Shown here piece after piece: positions 54,382 to 64,000 of a DNA stretch of 64,000 bases (position 1 is its first letter; each line of letters begins with the position of its first letter). The notes under the pieces are model-generated. The model ran no database searches and had not been told where the DNA came from. It saw nothing but the letters and a program-made list of their open reading frames with translations. Made by a program: the position numbers and the translations under genes. This DNA comes from a bacterium (GTDB lineage Bacteria > Patescibacteriota > Minisyncoccia > Minisyncoccales > UBA10102): the NCBI GenBank assembly GCA_030647485.1, contig JAUSJT010000003.1:9092-73091 (forward strand), written 5' to 3'.

Positions 54382-55227
54382 ATGAAGTTCATTCCGCTTG
54401 ATAAGTCGTGGATCATCCGCATGGGTGTGTTGGATCTAATCCACGGCTACTCCGACATTGTTCTTTTCCTTAACACCCAGACAACTTTGTCCGATGACCT
54501 GCTCGCGTTGAAACGAGCCTGCAACGCATGGAATACCGACAGCTCGATTGAAGTCGGCGAGTCTGGTACTCTCTACCGTTTTCTCCAATTTGCCTCTTGG
54601 AAACTCAATCTCAAAAAGAGATTCGTGACCGAAGGCACTTTGAGAGAAAGAAGAATTGGGCAAGACTCATCGATTGTTAACTTGACCCAGCGAGAACTGC
54701 TCGAGTTACCAGATGAGCCGACCTCTCAATGGGCGAGTGCTGCCGTGCTTCTTGGAGACGAGGAGCGCTTGATAGACGCACCCTACAAACTTCGAGTGAC
54801 CTACGAAGCTGTCGACCACTGGCGAAGCCGACGAAGTGAAGGAAAGACCTGGCAGCCAAGAGAAGACCCGACGATCCGTGTCCAAGCTGAAACCTTCGTG
54901 GAGTTGCTTCGAGGTGAAAGGCCGGACTTTGTTCCGCTTCAAGCCGAGGACTACTGCTTTGCACGCATATTCGGTTACATCAGCAGAGAAGAAGGTGCGC
55001 GAAAGTGGCCTAACCTCTCTGGCCACGAGAGCAACCGACTCGAGGAAATGGAGAAGGTGCTAGTAGATGCTTTAGCTGGGCAGGAGATCGCCTCCAGGGA
55101 TCATCGTGTCATCCACGCGATTGTCATGTGGGGATTGGTGAACAAAATCGTGATTAAAGTTCGCTATCCTGACGTGGTGCGTAAGAGCTGGCCGGAATTT
55201 TGGCAGTTCATCGACACGACGAACTAG
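54382..55227 (+). CDS. Hypothetical protein, GC-rich
   Basis: 281-aa ORF with balanced composition; strong SD AGGAGG. Confidence 0.5.
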   Translation: MKFIPLDKSWIIRMGVLDLIHGYSDIVLFLNTQTTLSDDLLALKRACNAWNTDSSIEVGESGTLYRFLQFASWKLNLKKRFVTEGTLRERRIGQDSSIVNLTQRELLELPDEPTSQWASAAVLLGDEERLIDAPYKLRVTYEAVDHWRSRRSEGKTWQPREDPTIRVQAETFVELLRGERPDFVPLQAEDYCFARIFGYISREEGARKWPNLSGHESNRLEEMEKVLVDALAGQEIASRDHRVIHAIVMWGLVNKIVIKVRYPDVVRKSWPEFWQFIDTTN

Positions 55228-55252
55228 CATTGAGCCCAATCGGTAACTTCGT

Positions 55253-55289
55253 GAGCCTCGCACTTCGTTTAGTGAGAGGCTCTTTTTCT
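55253..55289 (+). terminator. Rho-independent terminator
   Basis: gagcctcgcacttcgtttagtgagaggctc followed by tttttct. Confidence 0.7.
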
Positions 55290-55441
55290 AAAATTGAAAT
55301 TTTCATACCTTGCCACAATGTATTGCCTCCCAGTTACAATCTGTGCAAACCCCTTGCTCTAGACTGCTTTTTGTTTGGGTTTTTCAGTCATTTGGGGTAG
55401 TATAATAGTAACGCATTCTATTAATTTCTTGACATGATATA

Positions 55442-56503
55442 ATGAAACTACTTGGTTCTTTTAAATTCCTGCCTCGTAATTCCGTGGGCATTGACATTGG
55501 CACCTCTTCTTTAAAGGTAGTGGAGCTTTCACGATGGGGTTCAAGAAGAACTCTGAAGAATTATGGGGAGATTCAGGCATCTCGCCTCTATGATAAACCA
55601 TTTAGGACGTTTGAGAAAAACACCCTCATGCTTTCCAGTCAAGACATTGCGAGAGGGGTGCGCGCCATTTGTCAGGAAGCAAAGATAGAAACAAAAGAGG
55701 CGGTATTCTCCATCCCTGATTTTTCTTCCTTCTTCACCTACTTTGAGCTTCCTGCGATGAGTAAAGAAGAGCTTCCTCAGGCAGTGCAGTACGAGGCGAG
55801 AAAGCATGTGCCGCTCCCTTTTGCCGAAGTGACCTTTGACTGGCAAGTTATTGAGAAGCCTTCCCCTGGCGCAAAAACACCGCTCAAGATCCTTCTAGTT
55901 GCGGTGCCCAACGAAGTGATAAACCAGTACCAGGAGATTGCGCAGGGTTCGGGACTTCGGCTGTCCGCGCTTGAAGCAGAAGTATTCGGCTTGATACGGT
56001 CTTTTTTCAGAGAGGAGAAATCCCCTGCTGCCGTGCTGGATATCGGGGCGCAGACAACCACCATCAACGTTGTATGGAAAGGACAGCTGCGCAACTCCCA
56101 CGGCATAGATATTGCAGGAAACGGTTTCACAGAACGGATTTCCCAATCGTTGCTCATTGATTTTTCCAAAGCGCAGGAATTAAAAAGCCAAAAGGGGCTT
56201 TTGAGCCCCGATATCGTGAGCATCCTGTCTCCTCTTATTGATATGATTGTGATGGAGGTACAGAACATTGCGCAGAGCTTTGAAGAGCGGGAAGGAGCAA
56301 GGATAGAGAAGATTGTTCTAGGAGGAGGATCGGCAAGAATGCCAGGGTTGAAAGAATACTTTGAAAAAAATCTTGCAAAGGAGATTGAGATCCTAGATCC
56401 CTTCCGAAGCCTATTTGTTCCCCCTATCTTAGAGCAAACCTTAAAAGAGATGGGGCCTTCGTATGCCGTAGCAGTAGGTATGGCATTACGGGGATTAGAG
56501 TAG
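55442..56503 (+). CDS. pilM: PilM (locus 2)
   Basis: Actin-like PilM; homologous to 14094-15215. Confidence 0.85.
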   Translation: MKLLGSFKFLPRNSVGIDIGTSSLKVVELSRWGSRRTLKNYGEIQASRLYDKPFRTFEKNTLMLSSQDIARGVRAICQEAKIETKEAVFSIPDFSSFFTYFELPAMSKEELPQAVQYEARKHVPLPFAEVTFDWQVIEKPSPGAKTPLKILLVAVPNEVINQYQEIAQGSGLRLSALEAEVFGLIRSFFREEKSPAAVLDIGAQTTTINVVWKGQLRNSHGIDIAGNGFTERISQSLLIDFSKAQELKSQKGLLSPDIVSILSPLIDMIVMEVQNIAQSFEEREGARIEKIVLGGGSARMPGLKEYFEKNLAKEIEILDPFRSLFVPPILEQTLKEMGPSYAVAVGMALRGLE

Positions 56504-56507
56504 TTCT

Positions 56508-57050
56508 ATGGTAGAAATTATTCCAAAGCAAAAATTAGAGTATCCCGTCTGGACTCAAGCTCTCTTTTTTGGGTCCATGCTTTTCCTGTTGGTCGCGATA
56601 GGAGGGTTTTTCCTTACTCTCCAGCTCCAAGGCAGGGCGCAGAAAGAATTGGAAAGGATCCAGGGAGTTTTGGCGCAAGGAAAAACGCCAGAGGAGGTGC
56701 TCCAAGAGCAATCCATATTCCGCTACAAAGATAAGTTCAATGATTTTGCATCACTTGCGGCAGAGAGAAATGACGTGCGCCCCGTGTTTGAGTTTTTGGA
56801 AGCATACACGCATTACAGGGTTGTGTTCACGACGATTAATCTAGAACCAAAGCTTCGCACGCTCAAACTCGTAGGCGCCACCCAGGATTTCAGAACATTG
56901 CAAGAGCAGATGGCCATTTTCCAAAACAGGGAAGAACTTACGGGGCTGACCCTTTCCAATATCGTGCTGGGAGAAAAGGGGCAGGTCGTATTCCAGCTGG
57001 GAATGGGGCTTGCCTCAAGTCTTTTGACTTCCTCAATCTCAAACCCATGA
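56508..57050 (+). CDS. pilN: PilN-like (locus 2)
   Basis: Single TM; position in operon. Confidence 0.65.
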   Translation: MVEIIPKQKLEYPVWTQALFFGSMLFLLVAIGGFFLTLQLQGRAQKELERIQGVLAQGKTPEEVLQEQSIFRYKDKFNDFASLAAERNDVRPVFEFLEAYTHYRVVFTTINLEPKLRTLKLVGATQDFRTLQEQMAIFQNREELTGLTLSNIVLGEKGQVVFQLGMGLASSLLTSSISNP

Positions 57051-57559
57051 ACAGATTCTTTTTAAGTATTGTTCTTATCGGAAGCTCTCTCATCTTTGGG
57101 GTCTTTGTGGCTTTGCCGCGCTTTCAGGAATTTTCCGCGGTCTCCAAAGAGCTGAACGTGAAACGGGCAGAATTGGAAAGCAGAGAAAGCTATTTTGCCC
57201 ATCTCAAAGATCTTCAAGATCGCATCAATTCAGAAGAATTGGTTGCAAAGATTGACGCTGCAATACCTAACGACCCCCAGCTTCCCGCGCTCCACGATTT
57301 TCTGCAGTCTACAGCTGCAGGGTCTGGTTTGTCGTTGCGCTCTATTACGGCTTCACAGGGCGCTTTACCCCAGGGGGCACGCCTGCAGCGCGTTAGCGCG
57401 TCTTTGCAGCTCGGAGGATCATATGAAGGGTTAAAAGTGTTTCTTTCCAGCTTATTGCGCGCTTCCCGCATGACCGATGTAGAGTCTATCAATTTTTCCA
57501 GTCCCCAAGCAGGAACGGGATTCGTGTTTAACATTCGCACAAGCTCATATTCGTATTAA
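57047..57559 (+). CDS. pilO: PilO-like (locus 2)
   Basis: Single TM; position in operon. Confidence 0.6.
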   Translation: MNRFFLSIVLIGSSLIFGVFVALPRFQEFSAVSKELNVKRAELESRESYFAHLKDLQDRINSEELVAKIDAAIPNDPQLPALHDFLQSTAAGSGLSLRSITASQGALPQGARLQRVSASLQLGGSYEGLKVFLSSLLRASRMTDVESINFSSPQAGTGFVFNIRTSSYSY

Positions 57560-57564
57560 ATCAC

Positions 57565-57843
57565 ATGGCGTTCACCCTATTACAAAGAAAAAAAATGCAG
57601 CAGGGGCTTATCCTAGTCCTTATCGCAGTTCTCTTTATCACGGCTACCGTGCTTTGGTTAGGGTTCTTTCAGAAGGGGCCATCTCTTGCAGGGCCTCAGG
57701 GCACCATGAGACCCGCGCTCCAGCAAATTGAGATAAACTTTAATGTGCTGTCTCTTCCTCTGTTGCAAGAGTTGAACGCTCCTGCAGAACCGGTGCTGGA
57801 ACCTTTGATCAAGGGGAGAAATAATCCGTTCCTTCCTTTCTAG
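57565..57843 (+). CDS. Small membrane protein in the PilP position
   Basis: 92 aa, one TM; position in operon. Confidence 0.4.
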   Translation: MAFTLLQRKKMQQGLILVLIAVLFITATVLWLGFFQKGPSLAGPQGTMRPALQQIEINFNVLSLPLLQELNAPAEPVLEPLIKGRNNPFLPF

Positions 57844-57846
57844 CCC

Positions 57847-59598
57847 ATGAATATTATCCAGATATTAGTACAAAAGAATATTATCGATAAAGAAAAGGCT
57901 GGCCTTTTGCAGGAGGAAGCTCGGTCTTCTGGATTAAAGCCAGAAGAGGTTATCTTAAAAGAAAAGATTGTCGCAGAGGATTTTCTGTTTCAGCTTAAGG
58001 GCGAAGCGTTGAAGATGCCTCTGGTGCAAGTGGCGCCCAAGGATATTCCTTTAAAGGTGTTGGAGCTTATCCCTGAGGATTCTGCAAAGTACTACCGCAT
58101 GATTCCCTTTGCAAAGCAGGATGGTACCTTGGATATTGGCATGGTATATCCTGAAGACCCCAAGGCCCAGGAAGCCTTAAAGTTTCTTGCGAGGCAAGGG
58201 AATTTTTCTTCCAGGGTGTCTTTGATTTTGCCTTCTACCCTTGATTCTTTGCTCCGCCAGTACCGAACGCTCAAAGAGGGAGGCACTCAAGCCTTGCAGG
58301 AACTTGAAGAAGAGATCAAAAGGGGGTGGGAAGACCGTGCTCCTTCGGGACTGGCCGAGCTTCAGCGTTTGGTAGAGGAGGCGCCCATTACAAAAATGGT
58401 TGCGGTGATTCTTAGGAACGCGGTGGAAGGGAAGGCGTCCGATATCCATATCGAGCCCACAAAAGATAGCTTGAGGGTGCGCTTTCGTTTGCTCGGCGAG
58501 CTGTATTCTTCCCTTCTTTTGCCAAAGCGTATTCATGGCGCAATTATTTCTCGAGTTAAGATTCTAGCAAATCTGAAGATTGATGAGGCGAGGATTCCTC
58601 AAGACGGGAGATTCTCAACAACGATAGACGAGAAAGCTATTGACTTTCGCGTTTCAACCTTCCCGACTGCTTTGGGAGAGAAGGTTGCCATACGCGTTCT
58701 GGATCCTGACGTAGGATTGAAGAGTTTTGAGAAGTTAGGCCTGGAAGGAACAAACTTGTCATTGGTGAAGGAGGCCATACAAAGGGCGTTCGGCCTCATT
58801 CTTGTAACCGGCCCCACTGGTTCTGGGAAAACGACAACCCTGTATGCCATTTTGCGCGTGCTGAATAAAGAGGGGACGAACATTGTGAGCCTGGAAGATC
58901 CGGTAGAATACCTCATTGAGGGCATTAATCAATCTCAGGTAAGGCCGGAAATTGGGTATGATTTTCCTCAGGGACTGCGCCAGATCTTAAGGCAGGATCC
59001 AGACGTCATCATGGTAGGAGAGGTAAGGGACGAGGAAACCGCTTCCTTGGTTATTCACTCCGCGCTTACTGGGCATATCGTGTTTTCCACCCTGCATACG
59101 AATAATGTCATTGGGGTGATCCCAAGGTTGCTGGATATGGGGGTGGACAGGTACCTTATCTCTCCTTCTCTGGCTCTTGCCATATCCCAGCGATTGGTTC
59201 GGCGCCTGTGCGACCGGTGCAAAGAAAAGCAAGACCCCGCAAAAGGAATTGCAGATCTTATTGAGAAAGAAATGGAGAGGGCTCCCCTGAACGTTCAGAA
59301 GAGAGCGGCGCTTGTTCTTGGAGCTAAGGAAAAGGGAGTATCTATCTTTATTCCAAAAGGGTGCAAGGAGTGCGGAGGGTCTGGGTTCTCGGGACGCATT
59401 GGAATCTTTGAAATTTTGAAGATGACCCCAGAACTGCAGGAGATTGTCCTGAAAGATCCTTCGGAGACAAACATTGCAAAAGAAGCTAAAAGGCAGGGCA
59501 TGGCAACCATGCGCCAAGATGGCATTGTGAAGGTCTTGGACGGGGTCACCACCATAGAAGAGGTATTACGAGAAACAAGAGAAGAGCATAACCTATGA
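57847..59598 (+). CDS. pilB: Type IV pilus assembly ATPase PilB/GspE (locus 2)
   Basis: Walker A GPTGSGKTTT; C-terminal CxxC...CxxC zinc site. Confidence 0.9.
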   Translation: MNIIQILVQKNIIDKEKAGLLQEEARSSGLKPEEVILKEKIVAEDFLFQLKGEALKMPLVQVAPKDIPLKVLELIPEDSAKYYRMIPFAKQDGTLDIGMVYPEDPKAQEALKFLARQGNFSSRVSLILPSTLDSLLRQYRTLKEGGTQALQELEEEIKRGWEDRAPSGLAELQRLVEEAPITKMVAVILRNAVEGKASDIHIEPTKDSLRVRFRLLGELYSSLLLPKRIHGAIISRVKILANLKIDEARIPQDGRFSTTIDEKAIDFRVSTFPTALGEKVAIRVLDPDVGLKSFEKLGLEGTNLSLVKEAIQRAFGLILVTGPTGSGKTTTLYAILRVLNKEGTNIVSLEDPVEYLIEGINQSQVRPEIGYDFPQGLRQILRQDPDVIMVGEVRDEETASLVIHSALTGHIVFSTLHTNNVIGVIPRLLDMGVDRYLISPSLALAISQRLVRRLCDRCKEKQDPAKGIADLIEKEMERAPLNVQKRAALVLGAKEKGVSIFIPKGCKECGGSGFSGRIGIFEILKMTPELQEIVLKDPSETNIAKEAKRQGMATMRQDGIVKVLDGVTTIEEVLRETREEHNL

Positions 59599-59975
59599 GA
59601 ACAAAGATTGTGTTAGTTGAAGACGATCCGCTATTGATAGATATTTATTCCACCAAGTTCAAAGAGGCGGGCTTTGAGGTTTCAGTGGTAGACCGGGGAG
59701 ACGCGGCTCCGTCGTTCGTAGCAAAAGAAAAGCCGGATCTCGTGGTCTTGGATATTGTGCTTCCCCAGAAGGACGGTTGGGATATTTTGAGAATCGTAAA
59801 GTCCAATGAGAAGACAAAAAACGTCAAGGTTGTCATCCTGTCAAATCTTGGCCAGAAAGAGGAGATTGAAAAAGGCATGGCGCTGGGAGCCGCAGGGTAT
59901 CTTATCAAGGCGCATCACACGCCAAGCGAGGTCGTCAGGGAAATTAAGAAAATTCTTGCAGGACCCCAAGCATAA
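59595..59975 (+). CDS. Stand-alone response regulator receiver domain (paralog of 2446-2808)
   Basis: VLVEDD...DLVVLDIVLP...K receiver motifs. Confidence 0.85.
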   Translation: MRTKIVLVEDDPLLIDIYSTKFKEAGFEVSVVDRGDAAPSFVAKEKPDLVVLDIVLPQKDGWDILRIVKSNEKTKNVKVVILSNLGQKEEIEKGMALGAAGYLIKAHHTPSEVVREIKKILAGPQA

Positions 59976-61045
59976 TGGCAACCGCAACAACACCCATTCA
60001 AGAGCTTCTTGAGCTTTCTCTAAAAGAAAAAGCCTCGGATCTTCATTTGTCGGTAGGGCATCCGCCGGTCTTGCGCATTGCGGGACGCTTGGTGCCTTTG
60101 ATCAAGAAAGCCGTGTTCTCCCCGGAAGATATCCAGCAGTTAGTGTTCTCTTTGATGACCGAGGATCAGAAAGACCGTCTGGTACGGGAAAAGGAAGTTG
60201 ATTTTTCCTATAACTTTGACGAAAGGGCGCGCTTTCGCATCAACGTATTCTACCAGAAGGGAGTGTTGAGTGCTGCGCTCCGCCTGATTCCAGCCCAAAT
60301 AAAGACCATAGATGAGTTGAATCTTCCCCCAATACTGCATCAGTTCGCAAACGCAACCCAGGGATTCATTTTAATCACGGGTCCCTCGTCCCACGGCAAA
60401 TCCACTACCTTGGCTGCCATCATAGACGAGATAAACCATACGAGAGCCGACCACATCATTACGATAGAGGACCCCATTGAGTACGTGTTCACGGACGACA
60501 AAGCGATCATTGATCAGCGTGAAGTGCGCCAGGACGCCTTGAGTTTTCCAACAGCGCTCCGCGCAACGTTCCGCCAGGACCCGGATGTGATTATGGTGGG
60601 AGAAATGAGGGACGCTGAAACCATTGCTACGGCCATTACAGCGGCAGAAACAGGGCATCTCGTGTTTGCAACCCTTCATACTAACTCTGCCTCTCAGACC
60701 GTTCACCGAATAGTAGATTCTTTTGCCCCAGAACAGCAGGCGCAGGTGCGTTCACAGCTTTCAGGGTCTTTGCTGGGCGTGGTGTCTCAGCGTTTGGTGC
60801 CGCGCATCAAAGGAGGGCTTATCCCGGCAGCCGAGATCATGATTTCAAATCCTGCGGTAGCCAACCTTATCCGGGAAAACAAGATTCACGAGCTTCCCTT
60901 AGTTATTGAGACTTCAGCTGAGATAGGCATGATCTCGTTGAACAGGGCGCTGGCAAATTTGGTGCGCGCCAGGGAGGTTACCCTAGAGAACGCGCTCACC
61001 TATTCTTTGAACCCCGCAGAGCTTCGCGCGCTAGCGAGGAGTTAG
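59975..61045 (+). CDS. pilT: Twitching-motility retraction ATPase PilT
   Basis: Walker A GPSSHGKSTT; 356 aa with no N-terminal GspII domain. Confidence 0.85.
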   Translation: MATATTPIQELLELSLKEKASDLHLSVGHPPVLRIAGRLVPLIKKAVFSPEDIQQLVFSLMTEDQKDRLVREKEVDFSYNFDERARFRINVFYQKGVLSAALRLIPAQIKTIDELNLPPILHQFANATQGFILITGPSSHGKSTTLAAIIDEINHTRADHIITIEDPIEYVFTDDKAIIDQREVRQDALSFPTALRATFRQDPDVIMVGEMRDAETIATAITAAETGHLVFATLHTNSASQTVHRIVDSFAPEQQAQVRSQLSGSLLGVVSQRLVPRIKGGLIPAAEIMISNPAVANLIRENKIHELPLVIETSAEIGMISLNRALANLVRAREVTLENALTYSLNPAELRALARS

Positions 61046-61067
61046 GTTGTAGGTTGTAGCTTGTAGG
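61044..61067. repeat. Left tacaagcta-type repeat flanking the four-helix-bundle gene
   Basis: gttgtaggttgtagcttgtagg; the inverted copy lies at 61427-61460. Confidence 0.6.
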
Positions 61068-61070
61068 AAC

Positions 61071-61436
61071 ATGGGAATACAGAGCCACAGAGATTTAATA
61101 GTTTGGCAAAAAGCAATGGAGTTAGTGACTTTTGTATATGAAGCGACGAATGCATTTCCTAAATCAGAATTATATGGACTTACATCACAGATGAGGAGAT
61201 CGGCAGTCTCCATACCTTCTAATATTGCAGAAGGCAGAAGAAGAGGTTCTCGAAAAGATTTTCGAAACTTTCTCATAAATGCGTATGGATCTGGCGCAGA
61301 ACTTGAAACCCAAATTGAAATAGCAAAACGGATTCAGATTGCTCCAGATGCCGATTACAGGCATATTGATGAACTTCTTATGGAGTGTATGCGTATGCTG
61401 AATAAGATGATTTCAAACCTACAACCTACAAGCTAA
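61071..61436 (+). CDS. Four-helix-bundle protein (23S-rRNA-IVS/Avd-like family)
   Basis: 121-aa basic protein; LIVWQKAMELV...IAEG motif typical of this family. Confidence 0.6.
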   Translation: MGIQSHRDLIVWQKAMELVTFVYEATNAFPKSELYGLTSQMRRSAVSIPSNIAEGRRRGSRKDFRNFLINAYGSGAELETQIEIAKRIQIAPDADYRHIDELLMECMRMLNKMISNLQPTS

Positions 61437-61460
61437 TTCCTACAAGCTAGAATGAAGTTT
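61427..61460. repeat. Right tacaagcta-type repeat flanking the four-helix-bundle gene
   Basis: acctacaacctacaagctaattcctacaagctag. Confidence 0.6.
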
Positions 61461-62657
61461 AATTATCAGGCACGAAACAAAAAAGGAGAGACCCAGACAG
61501 GGGTTATTGAGGCTTCTTCAAGAGATGCTGCGGCCCAGCTTCTTTCTCGCCACGACTTATACGTGACGCTTTTAGACGAGGAAAGGGCAGCTCCCGTGTA
61601 CTCAAGGCGCCTGGCGTTTCTTGATCGGGTTGCGGTGCGGGACATCATGCTGTTTTCCCGCCAATTGTCCATTATGTTCCAATCAAGGGTTTCTCTGGTA
61701 GAGGCGCTGCAGGTGCTAGGGTCTCAGATGAAGAACGCGAATTTTAAAGAGAAAATCTTTGAAATCTCAGAGAGCGTGGAAGGGGGCACTGCGTTTTCTC
61801 AGGCCATTGAAAAGTATCCCTCTATTTTCTCTCTTTTTTATGTGAATATGGTGAAATCTGGAGAGGCTTCGGGAACTCTTTCCGGGGTTCTTGACTATTT
61901 GGCAGACCATTTGGAGCGTGAGTATTACCTGGCGAGCAAAATCAAGGGGGCGCTTGTGTACCCCATGTTCATTGTGTTTCTTGCGGTAGCCGTGCTGTTT
62001 CTTATGATGTATTTTGTTATTCCGAACCTGAGCCGTGTGTTAGAATCAACGGGAGCAGAGCTCCCTGGGATTACCAAGATGGTGCTGTGGCTTGCAGGAT
62101 TTACAAGAGCATGGGGGTGGCTATTGTTTCTTTTCTCTGGAGTCGCAGCATTCATGGTGTTTAGATATAGCAAGACCAAGGAAGGAAAAAGGTTTTTTAG
62201 TATATTGTCTTTGCAGACCCCTGCTTTAAAGCAGTTTCTCTCCATGGTTTATCTTTCCCGTTTTGCAGAGAACCTGTCTACTTTAATAGCCGGAGGCCTT
62301 CCTATTGTTCAGTGTTTGGACATCACGGCAAACATCATTGGAAACGATGTATACAAGGACATCATAGAAGAGGCCAGGGAAGAGGTGAAGAAGGGGAGCC
62401 GAATTAGCCAGGTGCTCCAAAAGTATCCTTCCAAGTTTCCTCCCGTGTTTACGCAAATGGTATTCGTAGGAGAGAAATCTGGAACTTTAGACAAGAGCTT
62501 GATGAGTATCGTGCGGTTTTACCAGAAGGAAGTAGAAGGGGCCGTAGAGAGATTATTGAGCGTTCTGGAGCCAGCCCTTATCGTGGTGTTGGGACTGCTT
62601 GTGGGAGGAATGATGGCTGCGGTCATGCTGCCCCTATATAACATGGCTTCATTTTAG
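61452..62657 (+). CDS. pilC: PilC/GspF platform protein (locus 2)
   Basis: Two T2SF repeats, three TM segments. Confidence 0.9.
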   Translation: MKFNYQARNKKGETQTGVIEASSRDAAAQLLSRHDLYVTLLDEERAAPVYSRRLAFLDRVAVRDIMLFSRQLSIMFQSRVSLVEALQVLGSQMKNANFKEKIFEISESVEGGTAFSQAIEKYPSIFSLFYVNMVKSGEASGTLSGVLDYLADHLEREYYLASKIKGALVYPMFIVFLAVAVLFLMMYFVIPNLSRVLESTGAELPGITKMVLWLAGFTRAWGWLLFLFSGVAAFMVFRYSKTKEGKRFFSILSLQTPALKQFLSMVYLSRFAENLSTLIAGGLPIVQCLDITANIIGNDVYKDIIEEAREEVKKGSRISQVLQKYPSKFPPVFTQMVFVGEKSGTLDKSLMSIVRFYQKEVEGAVERLLSVLEPALIVVLGLLVGGMMAAVMLPLYNMASF

Positions 62658-62677
62658 TTTTCCACATTGTACTTGAC

Positions 62678-63163
62678 ATGGGTTCATTGTATACTATGAA
62701 AATGCACGCTTCACGAGGTTTTACCCTGATTGAGCTTCTGGTTGTCATTGCGATTATCGGGATTTTGTCTTCTACCATATTGGTATCTTTGGGAGGAGCG
62801 CGCCAGAAGGCAAGGGATGCAAGGCGTCAGGCAGATTTGAGCCAGATTGTTCTTGCCATGGAGCTTGATTATTCAGACGATGAAAAATATTCCCAATATA
62901 CCGTTGATGAATGGAAAGTAGCAGAGATTCCTAAGGGCACGGGGACATATCTAGATCCCGCTCCCCAGGATCCTTTAGGTGTTCCGTATACCTGGATTAA
63001 TAATTCAATTGGAGCCACCACGGAATGTGGAGATCAGCGATATTGCGTGTATGCGGATCTGGAAGAGGCTGGATATTTTGCCGCGTCACCCAAGGGGGCA
63101 AGAAAGCTAGATTATAATCCTGCGACAGGAGGGCCAAACCCAGGCAAGTGTCCGTGCTGGTAA
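62678..63163 (+). CDS. Type IV pilin (prepilin leader + N-terminal hydrophobic helix)
   Basis: [17 protein letters not shown] leader. Confidence 0.8.
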   Translation: MGSLYTMKMHASRGFTLIELLVVIAIIGILSSTILVSLGGARQKARDARRQADLSQIVLAMELDYSDDEKYSQYTVDEWKVAEIPKGTGTYLDPAPQDPLGVPYTWINNSIGATTECGDQRYCVYADLEEAGYFAASPKGARKLDYNPATGGPNPGKCPCW

Positions 63164-63238
63164 TAACAAGAAAAACGTCGTAGAATATATATAGATACAT
63201 AATTCAAGGTCGATACATATAGTAGGAGATATAACGTT

Positions 63239-63739
63239 ATGGAACACATTTTTTTATCAAAATCAAAACAGAAGGGTTTTACGCTCATTGAGCTGTTGGT
63301 GGTTATTGCTGTTATTGGCATGCTGGCCTCCATTGTGTTGGTTTCTCTTGGGCCAGCAAGAGCAAAAGCAAGAGACGCAAAACGAATCGCTGATGTTAGT
63401 AGTTTAAAGCTTTCTATGGAAATGGAGGCAGCAAGCGGACTTTCAACGGCGATGACTGGATGTACTGCAGCAAACGCCAATATAAACTTATGTACTGGCT
63501 CCGCATTCACAATATTTGCCAATGTTAAAGATCCTTCTATTGCAGCAACTCCAGTTATGTGTGCTTCCGGTGGGGCCGCAGGCTGTCAGTACAGTATTTC
63601 AAAAGCTGATGGAACTCTTGGGGCAACGATTGATAACTACAGGATTTGCTTTTTCTTGGAGCAATCAACATCAGCACAGTTTACCGCTGGATTGAACAAA
63701 GTTATAAACGGAGGCGTATTTTCAGCTGGCTGTCCGTAA
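63239..63739 (+). CDS. Type IV pilin
   Basis: [18 protein letters not shown] leader. Confidence 0.8.
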   Translation: MEHIFLSKSKQKGFTLIELLVVIAVIGMLASIVLVSLGPARAKARDAKRIADVSSLKLSMEMEAASGLSTAMTGCTAANANINLCTGSAFTIFANVKDPSIAATPVMCASGGAAGCQYSISKADGTLGATIDNYRICFFLEQSTSAQFTAGLNKVINGGVFSAGCP

Positions 63740-63811
63740 TGAAAGAAGGGTAGGGAGAGATTGAATCACCACCTTTAAAGGTCGGGTAAACATATCTTGA
63801 ATCTTTAATAT

Positions 63812-64000
63812 ATGTTCCAAACAAAACAAAAAGGATTTACGTTGATTGAATTATTGGTGGTTATTGCCATTATTGGTATCTTGGCAGGCATTGTGCTTGT
63901 TTCTCTGGGAGGAGCAAGGGCAAACGCGAGGGATGCAAGGAGAAACGCAGACATGCGCCAGTTTAGCACGGCAATGGAGCTGTGCTATGACGACCAGATC
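63812..64000 (+). CDS. Type IV pilin, 5' part (runs off the window)
   Basis: [24 protein letters not shown] leader. Confidence 0.75.
   Translation, partial: MFQTKQKGFTLIELLVVIAIIGILAGIVLVSLGGARANARDARRNADMRQFSTAMELCYDDQI

Overview
The window looks like a small-genome bacterium of roughly 45% GC. The gene content suggests Patescibacteria/CPR, but that is an inference. Housekeeping genes are rny (partial), infB, rbfA, nrdR, nrdJ, rplS, ftsH, rpsA, gyrA, valS, tsaD and recG. There are two complementary type IV pilus (T4P) loci and 20 tRNA genes in several arrays. The accessory content is: (i) a low-GC restriction-modification island wedged between pilB and pilC; (ii) a MazE/AbrB-PIN toxin-antitoxin pair inside the pilus operon; (iii) two LAGLIDADG homing-endonuclease genes in tRNA arrays, plus tRNA fragments; (iv) a LAGLIDADG intein in the class II ribonucleotide reductase NrdJ; (v) two families of structured repeats attached to tRNA genes; (vi) GC-rich genes with consensus sigma70 promoters, one a paralog of a neighbouring gamma-glutamylcyclotransferase-like gene next to an ATP-grasp ligase; (vii) a heptanucleotide tandem repeat inserted in-frame in gyrA, the same motif bracketing an Avd-like four-helix-bundle gene between pilT and pilC; (viii) three tandem TrbC/VirB2-like small membrane proteins. 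Nothing here was checked against a database. All calls rest on motifs read from the translations and on RNA structure folded by eye.
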